Of a stretch of DNA of 64,000 nucleotides, positions 37,381-50,407 are shown in pieces. The stretch comes from Eledone cirrhosa. Lineage: Eukaryota. The number at the start of each line of letters is the position of its first letter. Positions within the stretch are counted from its first letter, which is position 1. A program made the position numbers and the translations under genes. Location: positions 18,166,001 to 18,230,000 of the forward strand of contig OZ024755.1 in assembly GCA_964016885.1 (NCBI GenBank), written 5' to 3'. Below the pieces are notes generated by a model, which was not told where the DNA came from, ran no database searches, and was given only the letters and a program-made list of their open reading frames with translations.

Positions 37381-39039
37381 AATGAACACAAGATATGTTT
37401 GTGTCACACCTATGATGTATTGGTACAATTTCTAACCAGTTGTATTAGTTACCAGCACCTGTGAAAAACTGAAAGAAATTTTATAGTGAAATTTTGTCTT
37501 ATAATTCTCTCAGTCTCTATCTATCTATTTATCGATCAATCTCTCCATCTCTGTATCTATGTATTTATCCATTTATCTATCGATCAATCTCTCCATCTAT
37601 GTATCTATCTATCTATGTATTTATCTATCTATCCATCTATCAATTCATCTATGTATCCAAACCCATGCAAGCGTGGAAAATGGACGTTAAACAATGATGA
37701 TGATGATGATGGTGATCTAGCTATCTATGTATTTATCCATTTATCTATCGTTCAATCCATCCATCTATCTATCTATCCATCTATCTATTAATCCACCTAT
37801 CTATCCATCTATCTATCTATCTATCTGTCCATCCATCCATCTGTCTATCAAAATATAGCATTTATCTCCTTACTCCACTGTCCATGCATGACCAACTGTG
37901 TGTTTCTGTCGGCAAAGTTGGGGATCATTTTGATCCTTTCATAGGCATATTTTTAAATGTCACTTAATCTCGAAGATGATCAAGAATTAATTGGTATATT
38001 GAGCCAGTGTTTGGTGTGCATATAGAAATAAAGAGGCTTTTACATAAAATTATGATAGAATATTTCTAATCGAAATACAAACATTTTTAAACAGATGATT
38101 TCATATCATAAAACAAAGGACGGTTTAGTCGGTTGAGTATCAAAAAGGTTAAACTTAAGATATTGTCTAATCAAAGTCGTCATCTTCTTCTCCATCTTCT
38201 TCTTCGCCCACTTATTCCTGGGAAGGTCATGGTGGCAGAGTCCTCAAACACTCCCTCCAGTGGGTCCTGTCAGAAGCAACTGTCTCCAACTGATCTGGCT
38301 GGATCACCAAGTGAGACCAGCCAAGCTCATGGATATTATCTCACCATCTTACTTAGGGTCTACCCCTGGCTTTCCTGCTGGTTGGTTTTGCCCATAAAAC
38401 CTGTTCGGTGATTCTTTCCTGAGACATTCTATCCACATGTCCATAGTATCAGAGCTGTGATCTCTCAATTTGGTGAAGTAGTGGCTCTATCTGAAATGAA
38501 TCTGATCTCTGTGCTACACACTCTATTGAGTAATATTACTCCAAAGACCATTCAGAGGAACCCCATTTTGGCCGCTTGTATTCTTTCAGTCATTACCCAA
38601 GATTCATGACCATAGGTAAGGGCTGGCATAAATAACAAATTGAAGATAGAGAGTTTGGCCTTTACGCCTATGTCCCTTTTGATTAAAGAATGCAAGTCAA
38701 TTTATTAAATCCAGAGAACCTCACAGGTTTCCTAATAATGAAAATTAAAAATTTATAAAATCTTATACAGAGATTGTTTGAATTTTCAAAAGTTCAGATT
38801 ATCTACAATGCAAGGTAGACAACTCATGATGGCTTTAACGCTACAGCAAAGTCGTTTACATACATGTGAAACCACTTCTAAACATCTAGGTAAACATTGC
38901 GCTAGTGACTTACAACATAACTAATACATCTCTCTCTCTCTAAATTTTATATATATATATTTATATTGGCGTCTTCTACTGTAGTCTCGAGTTGCTTAAG
39001 ACCTTGTGTGAAATGTGGTAGGCGGAAAATGTGCAGAAG

Positions 39040-39092
<53 letters not shown>

Positions 39093-39199
39093 ATCTATGT
39101 AAAAGGCAAACAGAAGTAACAAAGCAAATGACACACTACAAGAAATATATTATGAAGAAATATATTATTAGTTTTACGCTCAAAATAGTAGGAAAAGAG

Positions 39200-39235
39200 T
39201 CTTAATGTTTCAGACGCTAGTCCTTCATCAGAAAA
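39200..39235 (-). ncRNA. Minimal hammerhead ribozyme motif, family A
   Basis: rc: tttt-CTGATGA-a-GGA ctagcg TCT-GAAA-catt-aaga; flanks homologous to the 2430-2520 region. Confidence 0.55.
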
Positions 39236-40216
39236 TAGAATGAGAAATTAAAAAAGAAATAGAAAGATTGAGGAGATGGGTAGTGGCAGAAAAAAAAAAA
39301 AATTACTATTGTACTTTTGTGGTAAAGGCTTTATCTTACATAATATCGAATCTACGAGATTTTGATATTATTTATTTTGAGAAGAATACCTTAATGGTAT
39401 GAGTGACTAGTGATGGCTGGTGTGAACAGAAAGAGGTGAGAGAATCCTGGTCGGATATGGCTGGTTTAAATGCTAAAGGGCTAATAACGATACAACCTTC
39501 TTAGTGTTGGTGACAGGAAGGGCATCCAGCTATAGAAAGCTTTCCAAACAAAGGATTAGGAAGACCTTTCAGTTGAGTCAAAGTCATGACAACCTCTCTT
39601 GTGCTTGTGTACTCGGTAGAATGTAGGACAATATGTAAGCGAGATGCAGACACCCCAGGCTGTCTGGCAGGACAGTAGCCCCACTTCAGTACTAATTCAA
39701 TTTGTGAAAACCCGTCCAACTCTTGCTAGCAGGGAAAGCAGATGGTAAATGATAACGGTGATGATGATGATGCAGTCACAGTACTTTTCAAGAATGTGTT
39801 GCTAATGTGGTTTTATGTGGTACAGGATATTAAAAGTTAACAAAGAATCTAGAAGAGGGTTGCTTCTCACATGGTCAATTGTATGTAGGTTATTCTAGAC
39901 TAGGAAGTCCCCACAAACTCTTCATATATGCTCCAAAGAAAAAAAAGTTTAAAATATTGTATATATACTTAAGTTCTGTAAATGTTTTATAATTTTTATA
40001 GAATACATTTTTCTGTTATTTTCTTTATTACTTTCTGTATTTAGATATTCTAAATAATTTTTAAAAATTATGTTATGCAATATTTAAATACCTTTTAACA
40101 TCTTTTATTCTAAGGAAAATGGACACTACGACAGATGACAATAGGTGCCTTCTGAATAGATTTGAGAACAGTAGAGGCCAGGAGGCCACTAATATATAAT
40201 AAGAATAAGAACAAAC

Positions 40217-41200
40217 CTGATTGATCTTTTTAGTTAAATCTTGGCTAATTCCTTGTACTCCATGGACAATTGGTGTGAAGCCAGCAGCTAACAATAACCG
40301 ACATGACAGTAACTCTTTGCTGTTGAAAGTAACAATCTCTGGATTTTCAAGAATTGATTTTGAAAGACTCATTGAAACAAGAGCTGTCATTTCTTCAGAA
40401 GTAATATAGGCACCATATGCGAGAAGAATTTTAATTTTGGTAAATGAATTGTGAGCATAAGCAAATATGACTGGCTTTTGTTTTGTCCAAGCACCTCCTA
40501 TGTTTACATTAGCCCCATAAGAAAGTAACAGTTTCACAACTTCGACGCTAACTGTTTGGATAGAACACGCAGTTCCAAGAGGATTGCGCCCACTCTCATC
40601 CAACATGTTAACATCCATTCCAGAATCTAGAAGCTCTTTGACATGCTTATACTCTCCATATTGGATTGCAGCTGGCAAACAAGTAGTTTCGTTACTCCTG
40701 GCACCAGCTCTTAGAAGCAGATTGGCAATATTTAAAGCTGGAACAATATTAAGCTTTAGTTTGTTTTCAGCTGCCTTGCAGACTAACTTTAAAGGTGTAA
40801 CTCCACTTGAAATTGTAACATCTACTAAACTCCCAGCGGTAATGAGGATTTTAACAAGTTGAGCATTAAGATTCATACATGCAAAAACTAAAGGGGTTCT
40901 GTCTTTATCGTCCCTTGCATTAACATCAAAACCTCTTTCAAGCAGTAACTTGGTGATTGTAAAACTTTTAGAATTCTCTTTTGGAATGCAGACCAAATGC
41001 AAGGGTGTTTTTCCATCTAAAGTACTTTGGTCCATTTGAGCATTTTTATCTTGAAGAATTTCTTGTACATCTTCTGTGTTTAATGTTGCACAGCTAATAC
41101 ACAATGGGCACTCTCCGATGTCAATAGATTTCTTTTGTTCACGTACATCTCCGATATATTGTTCCATAAACTGGAAATTATCCATTGTAATAAACTCCAT
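40217..41200 (-). CDS. Large ankyrin-repeat exon of an ASB-type E3 ligase adaptor gene
   Basis: Ankyrin motifs GKTPLHL, DRTPLVFAC, GVTPLKL, GRNPLGTAC, LL.YGANVN; donor CAG|gtttgt at 40217 is in phase with the SOCS exon; start uncertain (ATG at 41200; acceptor at 41302). Confidence 0.88.
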
Positions 41201-41964
41201 ATTCTTCTGTTTTTGTTGACTTTTCTGTCTTTGATTATTGGTATACGTCCAAGAAAATTGGTTCCAATTCAATAGAAGTTTCTTTTGAAAACCATCATTA
41301 ACTGCAATGGAGGTAAAAATTGTTAAAACTAATAAAAATATCGACATTAGTTATTAAGAAAAGAATTAGCATGTCTAAAAATGTGTTTACTATTTTGTTA
41401 TAATGTATGAATTTCAAAATAATCAAGAATTTGTAGGGATTAAGTAAGGGTTCATCAGATAGGACAACACTTGTGTACTCTCGGGTTCATCAGACAAGAC
41501 ATTACCCGTGTGCTCAGGTTCATCAGACAAGACATTACCTGTGTATTCACAAGATCATCAAACATGACAACACCTCAGACAAGAATTTTTACTATATATA
41601 TACATATGACAGGAGGCTGGACTGGTGAAATTCCTTAAAGATATATTATATACACTCTGCACATTGATGTGCAGAGTGTATATAATAATATTTAACTCCG
41701 TTCTTACACCTCCAACAAGATTCAACATAACCGAAAATGGGTGAGTTGCATTATAACTATACGGAATGACCAGTTCTATCCAGTGGTGAACCAACAAACC
41801 TAAATGAATATATATATATAAAAGCCGACCTATGAGGTGATAAAAGCCGACCTTACCCAACTACACCTCTCAAAGTCAATGACACACGACCGTGACTTCT
41901 GGCGTCACGCAGTAATACAGGGTACCCGACCTCCCATGGGTACATGCTGAAGCATATAAACAAT

Positions 41965-42263
41965 ATGCCCCCCCCCCCCCCCCACCGCAAGGTGGTCGTG
42001 GAGGTGCCACGGCAAAAAAGCACCCAGCCCACACTGTAAAGTGGACGTGTAGGCGCCACGAAAAAGCACCCAGCACTCACTGTAAATGAGGTTGGTGTTA
42101 GGAAGGGCATCCAGCTGTAGAAATCAAGCCAGATCAGTTCCTGTATGAGCAAGGCATGGTCAGCTGACCAGACACTGCCCACAACAGGACAACCCGTCTA
42201 ACCCATGCTAGCGTGGAAGAACGGACGTAAAACGGTGATGATGATGATGATGATGATGATGAT
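41965..42263 (+). mobile_element. RTE tail fragment; near-identical inverted copy at 42485-42741
   Basis: Shared tail; the two copies converge tail-to-tail. Confidence 0.8.
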
Positions 42264-43734
42264 GTATCTGTGTATATATGTATGTACAGTTCTGTATGAG
42301 CGAGACACGGTCTCCCGACCAATCCCGCACCAAGCGGAACAAAACCATCTAACCCATGCTAGCGTGGAAGATGGACGTTAAACGGTGATGATGATGATAT
42401 ATATATATAAGTATAAATATATATATATGGTGAGTAATATTAAATATTACCCAGTTACAAGTATGAATATAGCTCAATGTAATATCATCATCATCATCAT
42501 CATCATCACCGTTTTACGTCCGTTCTTCCACGCTAGCATGGGTTAGACGGGTTGTCCTGTTGTGTGCAGTGTCTGGTCGGCTGACCATGCCTTGCTCATA
42601 CAGGAACTGATCTGGCTTGATTTCTACAGCTGGATGCCCTTCCTAACACCAACCTCATTTACAGTGAGTGCTGGGTGCTTTTTCGTGGCGCCTACACGTC
42701 CACTTTACAGTGTGGGCTGGGTGCTTTTTTTGCCGTGGCACAACAAGTATAATACAGAGCCGATGCTTTTAATAATAGTGGAGAACAATACAATTTCTTT
42801 GTTAGTAAATCTTGCTGAACTTGTCTTATATTATCATAGTAATTGTTTCACATAAATCCAATTTTTTTCAACACAAACAGATCAAAGGTTGCTTTGAAAG
42901 ATAAATACATTTTCTGAATTTCCTATATCAATTCTATGAATAGTATAACAAAATTCATTATTGTAACTAGCAGAAAAACCACCCTTCGAGTGGTTTTCTG
43001 CTAGCATGTGTAGTGTGTATATTGATATTATACGCAAGTATATATGATACATCAAATAAAATCGTAATTGGCAATATACACAGAAATTGAACGAAGACTG
43101 TGTTACACTGTCTTATGTAATCAATAACGTAATCCATGATACATTAAAAAAAGACGATATTATATATAAACTGCATTAGGAAATATATGAATGTTTATTT
43201 AGGCGATCGCTAACCGGAAGTGTTGACATTTGAAAATTTTAAAGAAGTGAATCTTCAAATAAGTAATAAAATATATTTAATCAACAGCCACGAAATTTAG
43301 TAGATAAATTATGTAATATTCATTCATTATTTATTCAAAGTAATCCAACTTATTTTACTAATGGGATTAAAAAAATTATAAACCGTACGCAGTCCTACGC
43401 TCCTTACTTTATTGTAGTTTATATTTTTTGCCCTTCCTTTTGTCACGGTAAAACTACTAGTTTTTGACTTTTTGGAGTTCAAATCCAGGAACCCACAATA
43501 TTGAAAAGACCCTGATTAAATTTTCAGCCAGAGTCCCATGCAAAATTGATACAGCCCTTGTTCTATGATACAAACTTGTTTATTTTAAAGTGTTTTTATT
43601 TAAAACCCCAATAATTTTATCTAAGAAACTTTAAGTTATGCTTCAAACCTCAACTTAATTATGAAAAAGTTAGATATATTATTAAAGTTCTAAAAAGTCT
43701 GTATCAAGTCAAACAGTGCATGAAGCGACTGAGA

Positions 43735-43940
43735 GTACAAGACCCTCCACTGGACAGAACGCCAGTCCATCGCAGGGTTAAACCCCCTAGTTATTGCTGG
43801 TACTCATTTTCAGCTGAATATACTGGAGCATTGTGAAATGAAGTGTTTTGCTCAAGAACACAACATGCAACCCAGTCCAGGAATCGAAACCACGACATTA
43901 CGATCAAGTCCAACACCTTTACCACTAGGCCACACGCCTC
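43735..43940 (-). mobile_element. Older tRNA-derived SINE
   Basis: rc: TGGCCTAGTGG A-box, GTTTCGATTCC B-box, TCTTGAGCAAAACACTT CORE-like segment. Confidence 0.65.
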
Positions 43941-44126
43941 TACGAGATATATTATTAAATCCATCCAAATTCTTGATTATTTTCAAAATGATTTGAGACA
44001 TCATTGGCAGTGCTTTTCACTAGAAATATAATAAAGAAAAGTGTAAGCGTTAGTTATACAAATTTCTATAAAACTGTGATAGTTTAAGGTTCAGCAATGC
44101 ACAACCCTGTGGTGTGTACTCTAGGC

Positions 44127-44444
44127 CAGGGTTTCTTAACCTGGTCCACAGGAAAATTCAGGTGGTCCACAGAAAACTTTCAATAGCAAATTCTCTTTTG
44201 ATCCATGCATTTGACTTAAAGCGCTGTTCTTATTCTTCGCATAAGTACGACTTCAGCTGTTTATTTGCGTAGATTTTTATGCACTGCAACATGATAATAG
44301 CATTTTCTAATTCATTGAAAAAAAACATCTAATGATGCTTATAAGCAGCAGTTGTATTACAAAAGATTTAAAAGTTTAGGTGGTTCACAGGAAAAAATTA
44401 CTTATTTTGGTGGTCCACAGCGAAAAAAAGGGTGAGAACCCCTG
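44127..44444. mobile_element. hAT-type MITE with an 8-bp TSD
   Basis: TIR CAGGGTTTCTTAACC / GGGTGAGAACCCCTG; TSD CTCTAGGC at 44119-44126 and 44445-44452; empty site at 47457-47464. Confidence 0.88.
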
Positions 44445-44869
44445 CTCTAGGCGACTGCCTAGTTGGTTTTAATGGCAGCGCCGGTCCCGCTAATAGAGGT
44501 TGAGATGACATTAAGAGATTAAAGCAGGAGGAAAGAGGAGAAACATTTATTCAGATGCTTTTCTTTGTTTTTCTAACTTTGTCCTTCCTTTTTCTGTTGT
44601 AGAGTTCAGCAGCAGCTCAGCCATACAGATATTTTCCCAGTCGGTGTCCCCCCACCAGCCAACCCTCGCCCACCTCCCTATCTCTCTGACATAACCGCCA
44701 TATCTAATAATATAAGTACAACTTATAATCTGTTGTTAGAAAAAAGCCCCCCACCCCACCCCACCCCACCCCCAACACACACTCTGGTTATTATTACTCT
44801 TGTCCTTGTTCTGTCTAAAACAGATACATGTTTTGTACACTTAGTCTAAACCTCCCTCCCCAACCGCGT

Positions 44870-45560
44870 TGCCGCCGCCACCACCACTACCAGCAACACC
44901 ACCATCACCGCCACTACTACCACCACCACAACCACCACCACTACCAACACCGCCGCCACTACCACTACAAACTAACGAACAACAACAATAACAACATCTT
45001 AAGAGAACAACCACGAAACAGCATGTTGTTGCATGTCGTCTGCTAGCAAATGTTTTGGGAAAAATGTAGGAAACTGTTTTTGTTATCTAAGGCATGATGG
45101 TGGTGGTGGTGGTGGGTGGTGGTGTCGGTGTTGCTGGCAGTATTGGTAGTGATGGTGGCGTTGGCATTATTGGCAGTGGTGGGGCGTTGCTGTTGCTGGT
45201 GGTGTTGGTAGTGGTATTGGTGGTGTTGCTGGTTGTGTTGGTAGTGGTGGTGGTGTTGGCATTATTGGCAGTGGTGGGGCGTTGCTGTTGCTGGTGGTGT
45301 TGGTAGTGGTATTGGTGGTGTTGCTGGTTGTGTTGGTAGTGGTGGTGGTGGTGGTGTTGGTGTTGCTGGTAGTGAGAGTGGTGGTGGTGGTGTTGGTGTG
45401 GCTGGTAGTGGTGGTGGTATTGCTGGTAGTGGTGGTGGTATTGCTGGTAGTGTTGGTAGTGGTGGTGTTGGTGACGGCAGTGTTGGTAGTAGTGGCGGCG
45501 GAGTTGGTAGTAATGGTGGCGATGGCGTGAGAAGTAATGGTAATGTCTGTATTAGAAGTG
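44870..45560. repeat. Degenerate (CAC)n followed by (GGT)n trinucleotide repeats
   Basis: Direct reading. Confidence 0.9.
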
Positions 45561-45979
45561 ATGTTAGTGGGTTTGGTGACGAGAGTAGAAGTCCAGTTGA
45601 AAGTGGAGGTAGGGGGGGGGGGGGGGGCTGATGATAGCAAGGGAAGGGATTAACGTGTGTATGTGTGTGTGTGTGGCAAGATTAAATGGTGGGGTTGTGG
45701 TGAGAGAAGTTATGGTGGCTCGCCCATCATGATAACCACCAAAGACGTCCAGTTGGTTGATGGGAGTCCTATATGGAGTCCAAGATTCTGATCCATTTAG
45801 ACTGTGGTCAGCGCAATAGCTTTATAAACCCCCATCTTGGTGTCCAGTTTTATGTCCCTCTCATTTCAAAGGCGATGATGGCGTTTGCCACTCTCTGTCC
45901 TGTTGGCCGGCCCCGACCAAGAGGAAGCAGAGTAAGATAGTTGGAGGTGGAGGATACTCGTCTGGACGTCACACATATA

Positions 45980-46010
45980 GAAGAAGAAGAAGAAGAAGAA
46001 GAAGAAGAAG

Positions 46011-46041
<31 letters not shown>

Positions 46042-46094
46042 TGAAGAAGAAGTTGAAGTTGAAGAAGAAGTTGAAGTTGAAGAAACCAAAGAAG

Positions 46095-46125
<31 letters not shown>

Positions 46126-46205
46126 TGAAGAAGAAGAAGTTGAAGAAGAAGTTGAAGAAGAAGAAACCAAAGAAGAAGAAGAAGAAGAAGAAGAAGAAGA
46201 AGAAG

Positions 46206-46236
<31 letters not shown>

Positions 46237-46265
46237 TGAAGAAGAAGAAGAAACCAAAGAAGAAG

Positions 46266-46296
<31 letters not shown>

Positions 46297-46340
46297 TGAA
46301 GAAGAAGAAGTTGAAGAAGAAGTTGAAGAAACCAAAGAAG

Positions 46341-46371
<31 letters not shown>

Positions 46372-46475
46372 TGAAGAAGAAGTTGAAGAAGAAGTTGAAG
46401 AAGAAGTTGAAGAAGAAGAAACCAAAGAAGAAGAAGTTGAAGAAGAAGAAGAAGAAGAAGAAGAAGTTGAAGAAG

Positions 46476-46506
<31 letters not shown>

Positions 46507-46544
46507 TGAAGAAGAAGAAGTTGAAGAAGAAGAAGAAGAAGTTG

Positions 46545-46575
<31 letters not shown>

Positions 46576-46694
46576 TGAAGAAGAAGAAGAAGTTGAAGAA
46601 GAAGAAGAAGAAGAAGTTGAAGAAGAAGAAGAAGTTGAAGAAGAAGAAGAAGTTGAAGAAGAAGAAGAAGTTGAAGAAGAAGTTGAAGAAGAAG

Positions 46695-46725
<31 letters not shown>

Positions 46726-46810
46726 TGAAGAAGAAGAAGAAGAAGAAACCAAAGAAGAAGAAGAAGAAGAAACCAAAGAAGAAGAAGAAGAAGAAACCAA
46801 AGAAGAAGAA
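45980..46810. repeat. ~830-bp (GAA)n array interrupted by GTT and ACCAAA
   Basis: Direct reading. Confidence 0.97.
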
Positions 46811-47809
46811 GGTGGTGATGGTGATGGTGATTTTATTTATTTATTCCTTACGTTCTGAGTTTAAATTTTGCCAAAGTCAACTTGGTCTTTCGGGAAAAGA
46901 GAAAAAAAGGATTTGGGAAGGGGGGAAAACTCTACAAGTCTTGGCTGGGTGGTATATCTTAGCTGCTTCATGAGGACAAGATGGAGAAAGCATTGCCATA
47001 GAGAACAGCCAATAATACCTGTTACATCAACAATTGCATCTTTATAGTCTTTAAAAAAAAGCTGTTGTTCTCATACCTTCTAGTATGAATGGAAAGTTTA
47101 GACATTTTATCAATAATATCTAAATAAAAGTTGGAATGCTTCCAGCAAAACAAAGCACTCTCATAGACATCACATCACAAGTCCTGGCATTACTCTATCG
47201 TAAATTCCACAGGAAATACTCATATGAACATCATTCTCTAGAACCCAAAACCCAGACTTTCTTCACTAGGCTCCATCTTGTTAAGTCCATTGATGTAAAC
47301 CATCCATAATTTTCTTCGTATTCCTCATATCCCAGTAATGTACTGGGTAATTGCTGGCCTTGTGCCAAAAGTAGAAACAATTATTTAACATTTATTTTCT
47401 ATAAAACTGTGATGTGATAGTTTAAGGTTCAGCAATGCACCACCCTGAAGTGTGTACCCTAGGCGACTGCCTAGCTGGCCATAATGTTAGCACCAGCCCT
47501 GCTTATAGGGGTTGAGATGAAATGAGAGATTAAAAGAAAGGGAAGAAACATTTATTCACGTTTTTACAAGCAAGTAATAGTTTTAGTAAATCCCTCAAAA
47601 TTCTTCATAAAAAGAAGTTGTTATTGTTGTTTTTATTTAGCTCCAAGTTAGTCTTTATTAAGCAGGACTATTATCAAAGGTATTCCAATTATGACCATCC
47701 TGTCTTTAGGAATTATCCTTCCTTTTTTTAAAAAGACAGTGGGGGGGGGGGGATGATTTAAAGGAGATTTAGCTGCTATATCTAGCAGCATGTGTAAAAT
47801 CTGTCTTGT

Positions 47810-48100
47810 TGCCTTGCCTAAGTACAAAGCGAAACCTACAGTCAGTAGGCACCTCTTAATCAAATATACACCCCCATCCCACTACCCCCTGCCCCTCTCC
47901 ATCAACACCACCTCTTTCTCTGTAAAGTTATGTGGGTACCACAACATCCAGTCCACACTGTAAACGTGGTTGGTGTTAGGAAGGGCATCCAGCCATAGAA
48001 AACCTGCCAGACAATCCTATACGAGCGAGACGACCAATCTTGCCTCAAGTGGGCTAATTCCCGTCTAAACCCATGCTAGCGTGGAAGATAGATGTTAAAC

Positions 48101-48136
<36 letters not shown>
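47810..48136 (+). mobile_element. RTE 3' UTR/tail fragment
   Basis: Matches 26560-26955. Confidence 0.8.
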
Positions 48137-48189
<53 letters not shown>

Positions 48190-48260
48190 TGTAATAAACA
48201 ACATAAGATAATGATTTCATTTCTTTTTCAAATCCACTGTCAATAAATACACCAGGATTT

Positions 48261-48320
48261 TTTCATTCTGATGACTGAAAGCAAATTTGTTTGCTTTCAA
48301 GAAACCACTGGTAAATGAAA
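48261..48320 (+). ncRNA. Hammerhead ribozyme motif, family F
   Basis: tttcatt-CTGATGA-ctgaaagcaaa tttg tttgctttcaa-GAAA-cc act gg-TA-aatgaaa; all three stems pair. Confidence 0.85.
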
Positions 48321-50020
48321 TAATTATCTTATGTTGTTTATTACATAACTAATAAGCTCTCTAACCTACATAGAGCACTCTTTTTTCCTGGACCTTTCCG
48401 ACGGAATTACTTCATTTATATATATATATATATATATATATGAATGTATGTATAGTATATTTGGCAATATACCGTATTTTTAATTAATTCCACACACCCT
48501 GCCCTTTCCCCCCAAAAATACACACACACACACATATATATGTGTGTGTGTGTATTTTTTTTGGGGGGGGGGGGGGCAGGGTGTGTGGAATGGAGACATC
48601 TCATTGCCCATTGCTTCAAAGGGAGCAAAAAAAGGGATTAATGAAATAACTGAAATGAAATGTCTCTGACCAAGGTTTAAAAGTATGTCACTCTATGTCA
48701 CCTTGCTTACCAGAGGCACCAGAGTGGCAATGAGGAGCTTATCTCTGGTTGTACTGACAGAATTTATATGATTTACATGTCAGTGAATACATTATAACTT
48801 ACATAACATTGCTTAACCTGAATCTACAGTTAGAAGGTTCCAAAGTGTGTTTACTGCCATTAGTACTACACTATAATCTGGTTGGTAATAGGAAGGGCAT
48901 CAAGCCCAAACAATGGCATGAGAGGACTCAACTTCCTTAGTGTTGGTGCCCATGACAAAATGCATCCAGTGTATTCTGTAGAATTCTGGAATGTATGTAA
49001 ATGAAATGTAGCCCTTGAGGTCACTATCTCTGATTAAATGTAACCCTAAGAGGTCACTATCTCTGATTAAGTAGTGACTTGGTTCTATGATGACCTGTTC
49101 AACCATTGCTAGCAGAGAAAGATGGATGTTAAATGATGATGATGTAAATTCTGTGTAAAGAAACTCAACAAAGTTTCTAATTTTTTAAATGAACGTGTTA
49201 GTGTATGGGTATTTCACAAACACGTGTACCCTTTATGTAATTGCCAAGCTGAATAAGCATGACACAATGTGTAGCATGACTGGATATTTGAATGACAGTA
49301 CAATCCATTTAATGGACTTCTACATAGTTTCTGTCTACCCAATTTCATTAATAATGCTCTGGGTAGACCTGAAGCTAAGGTGAAGATACTTGCCCAAGAT
49401 GCTACACAATGGGACCAAACTTGAGACCTTATAATTGTGAAGAGAACGTCTTTATACTACTAAGTCTGTGTCTGATAGCTAGGTAGTCTTACACCCTACC
49501 ACATCATTCACCTGTGATCCATGCATTTATAGCTTTTTTGTAATGTATGACATTGCACATAACTTTCAAATAGTATTGAAAAGAATCAAGAATTTGGAGG
49601 GATTTAATAACTAACTTTTTTGTTATTCAGACAGGTATTTGGAACATAACTTGACAGCGGTTCTTATAAATGTAGGAAGGTTTCTAGATAAATTTAAATA
49701 AATACTTTAAAAGTTTTGTAACATAGTACTGAGGCTGGTTTGATGGCAAGCTAGTTTCATTGTTAAATAACTCAACTAAATCAGAGAAATAAACACACAC
49801 ACACACATCAAACTAGATACTTAATGTTAACTTATGTTTCATTGAGGCCGGTGAACGTAGCCTACAACCTCTTGTGTGTTGATAATATTAAGCATTAGTA
49901 AGTCGTCGTCGTCGTCGAGGGTAAAGTTCAAAATATTATCTTTGGCTTATTCTAAATAACAGCTACAAAGTTGTCTCGGATAATTTATCGAACACATTTC
50001 TACAATATTAATTTCTTACA

Positions 50021-50407
50021 TATTCTGGGGTCCCAAATAATAGTGGGTGGGGTGGAGTAAACAGGGGGAGTTGGAATAAGCGGGGATTAGAAATAAACGA
50101 GGGGAGTTGGAATAAGCGCAGAGGTGGGGGTAATAGGTAATTTTTCTAGTTTGTCTTTGTTGATTTAAAAAAACCCCCCAGAATTAGTCGTTTAGTTTAC
50201 ATATTGAGACCTCAACCAATCCTATTTATTTTATAACATATGGGATTTGTAGTAATGCACTTTTTTGGTCATATGTAAAATTTAATAGGTTTGTGTATGG
50301 AGGTGTGTAAGAGCAGGATGGGGTTTGGAAAAAATCTGAAAAATTAATAAGCGGGGAGGTGGGGGTGGGGGGTGGGGGTGTCGACGATTATTTGAGACCC
50401 GAGAGTA
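50021..50407. mobile_element. MITE with ~21-bp TIRs; collapsed hairpin copy at 29964-30040
   Basis: TATTCTGGGGTCCCAAATAAT ... ATTATTTGAGACCCGAGAGTA. Confidence 0.65.

Noticed and set aside
40073-41347. Single-exon 424-aa secreted ankyrin protein as given by the ORF track
   Set aside because: Both ends coincide with splice signals, and the SOCS-box exon at 31833-32024 completes an ASB protein
41452-41545. Three TCATCAG (CTGATGA on -) hits
   Set aside because: Short ~33-bp tandem repeat without a suitably placed stem II-GAAA-stem III
45094-45640. Poly-V, poly-T and poly-G ORFs
   Set aside because: Trinucleotide low-complexity sequence
45850-46973. 305-316 aa poly-E, poly-K and poly-S ORFs
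   Set aside because: By-products of the (GAA)n array; no splice or domain support
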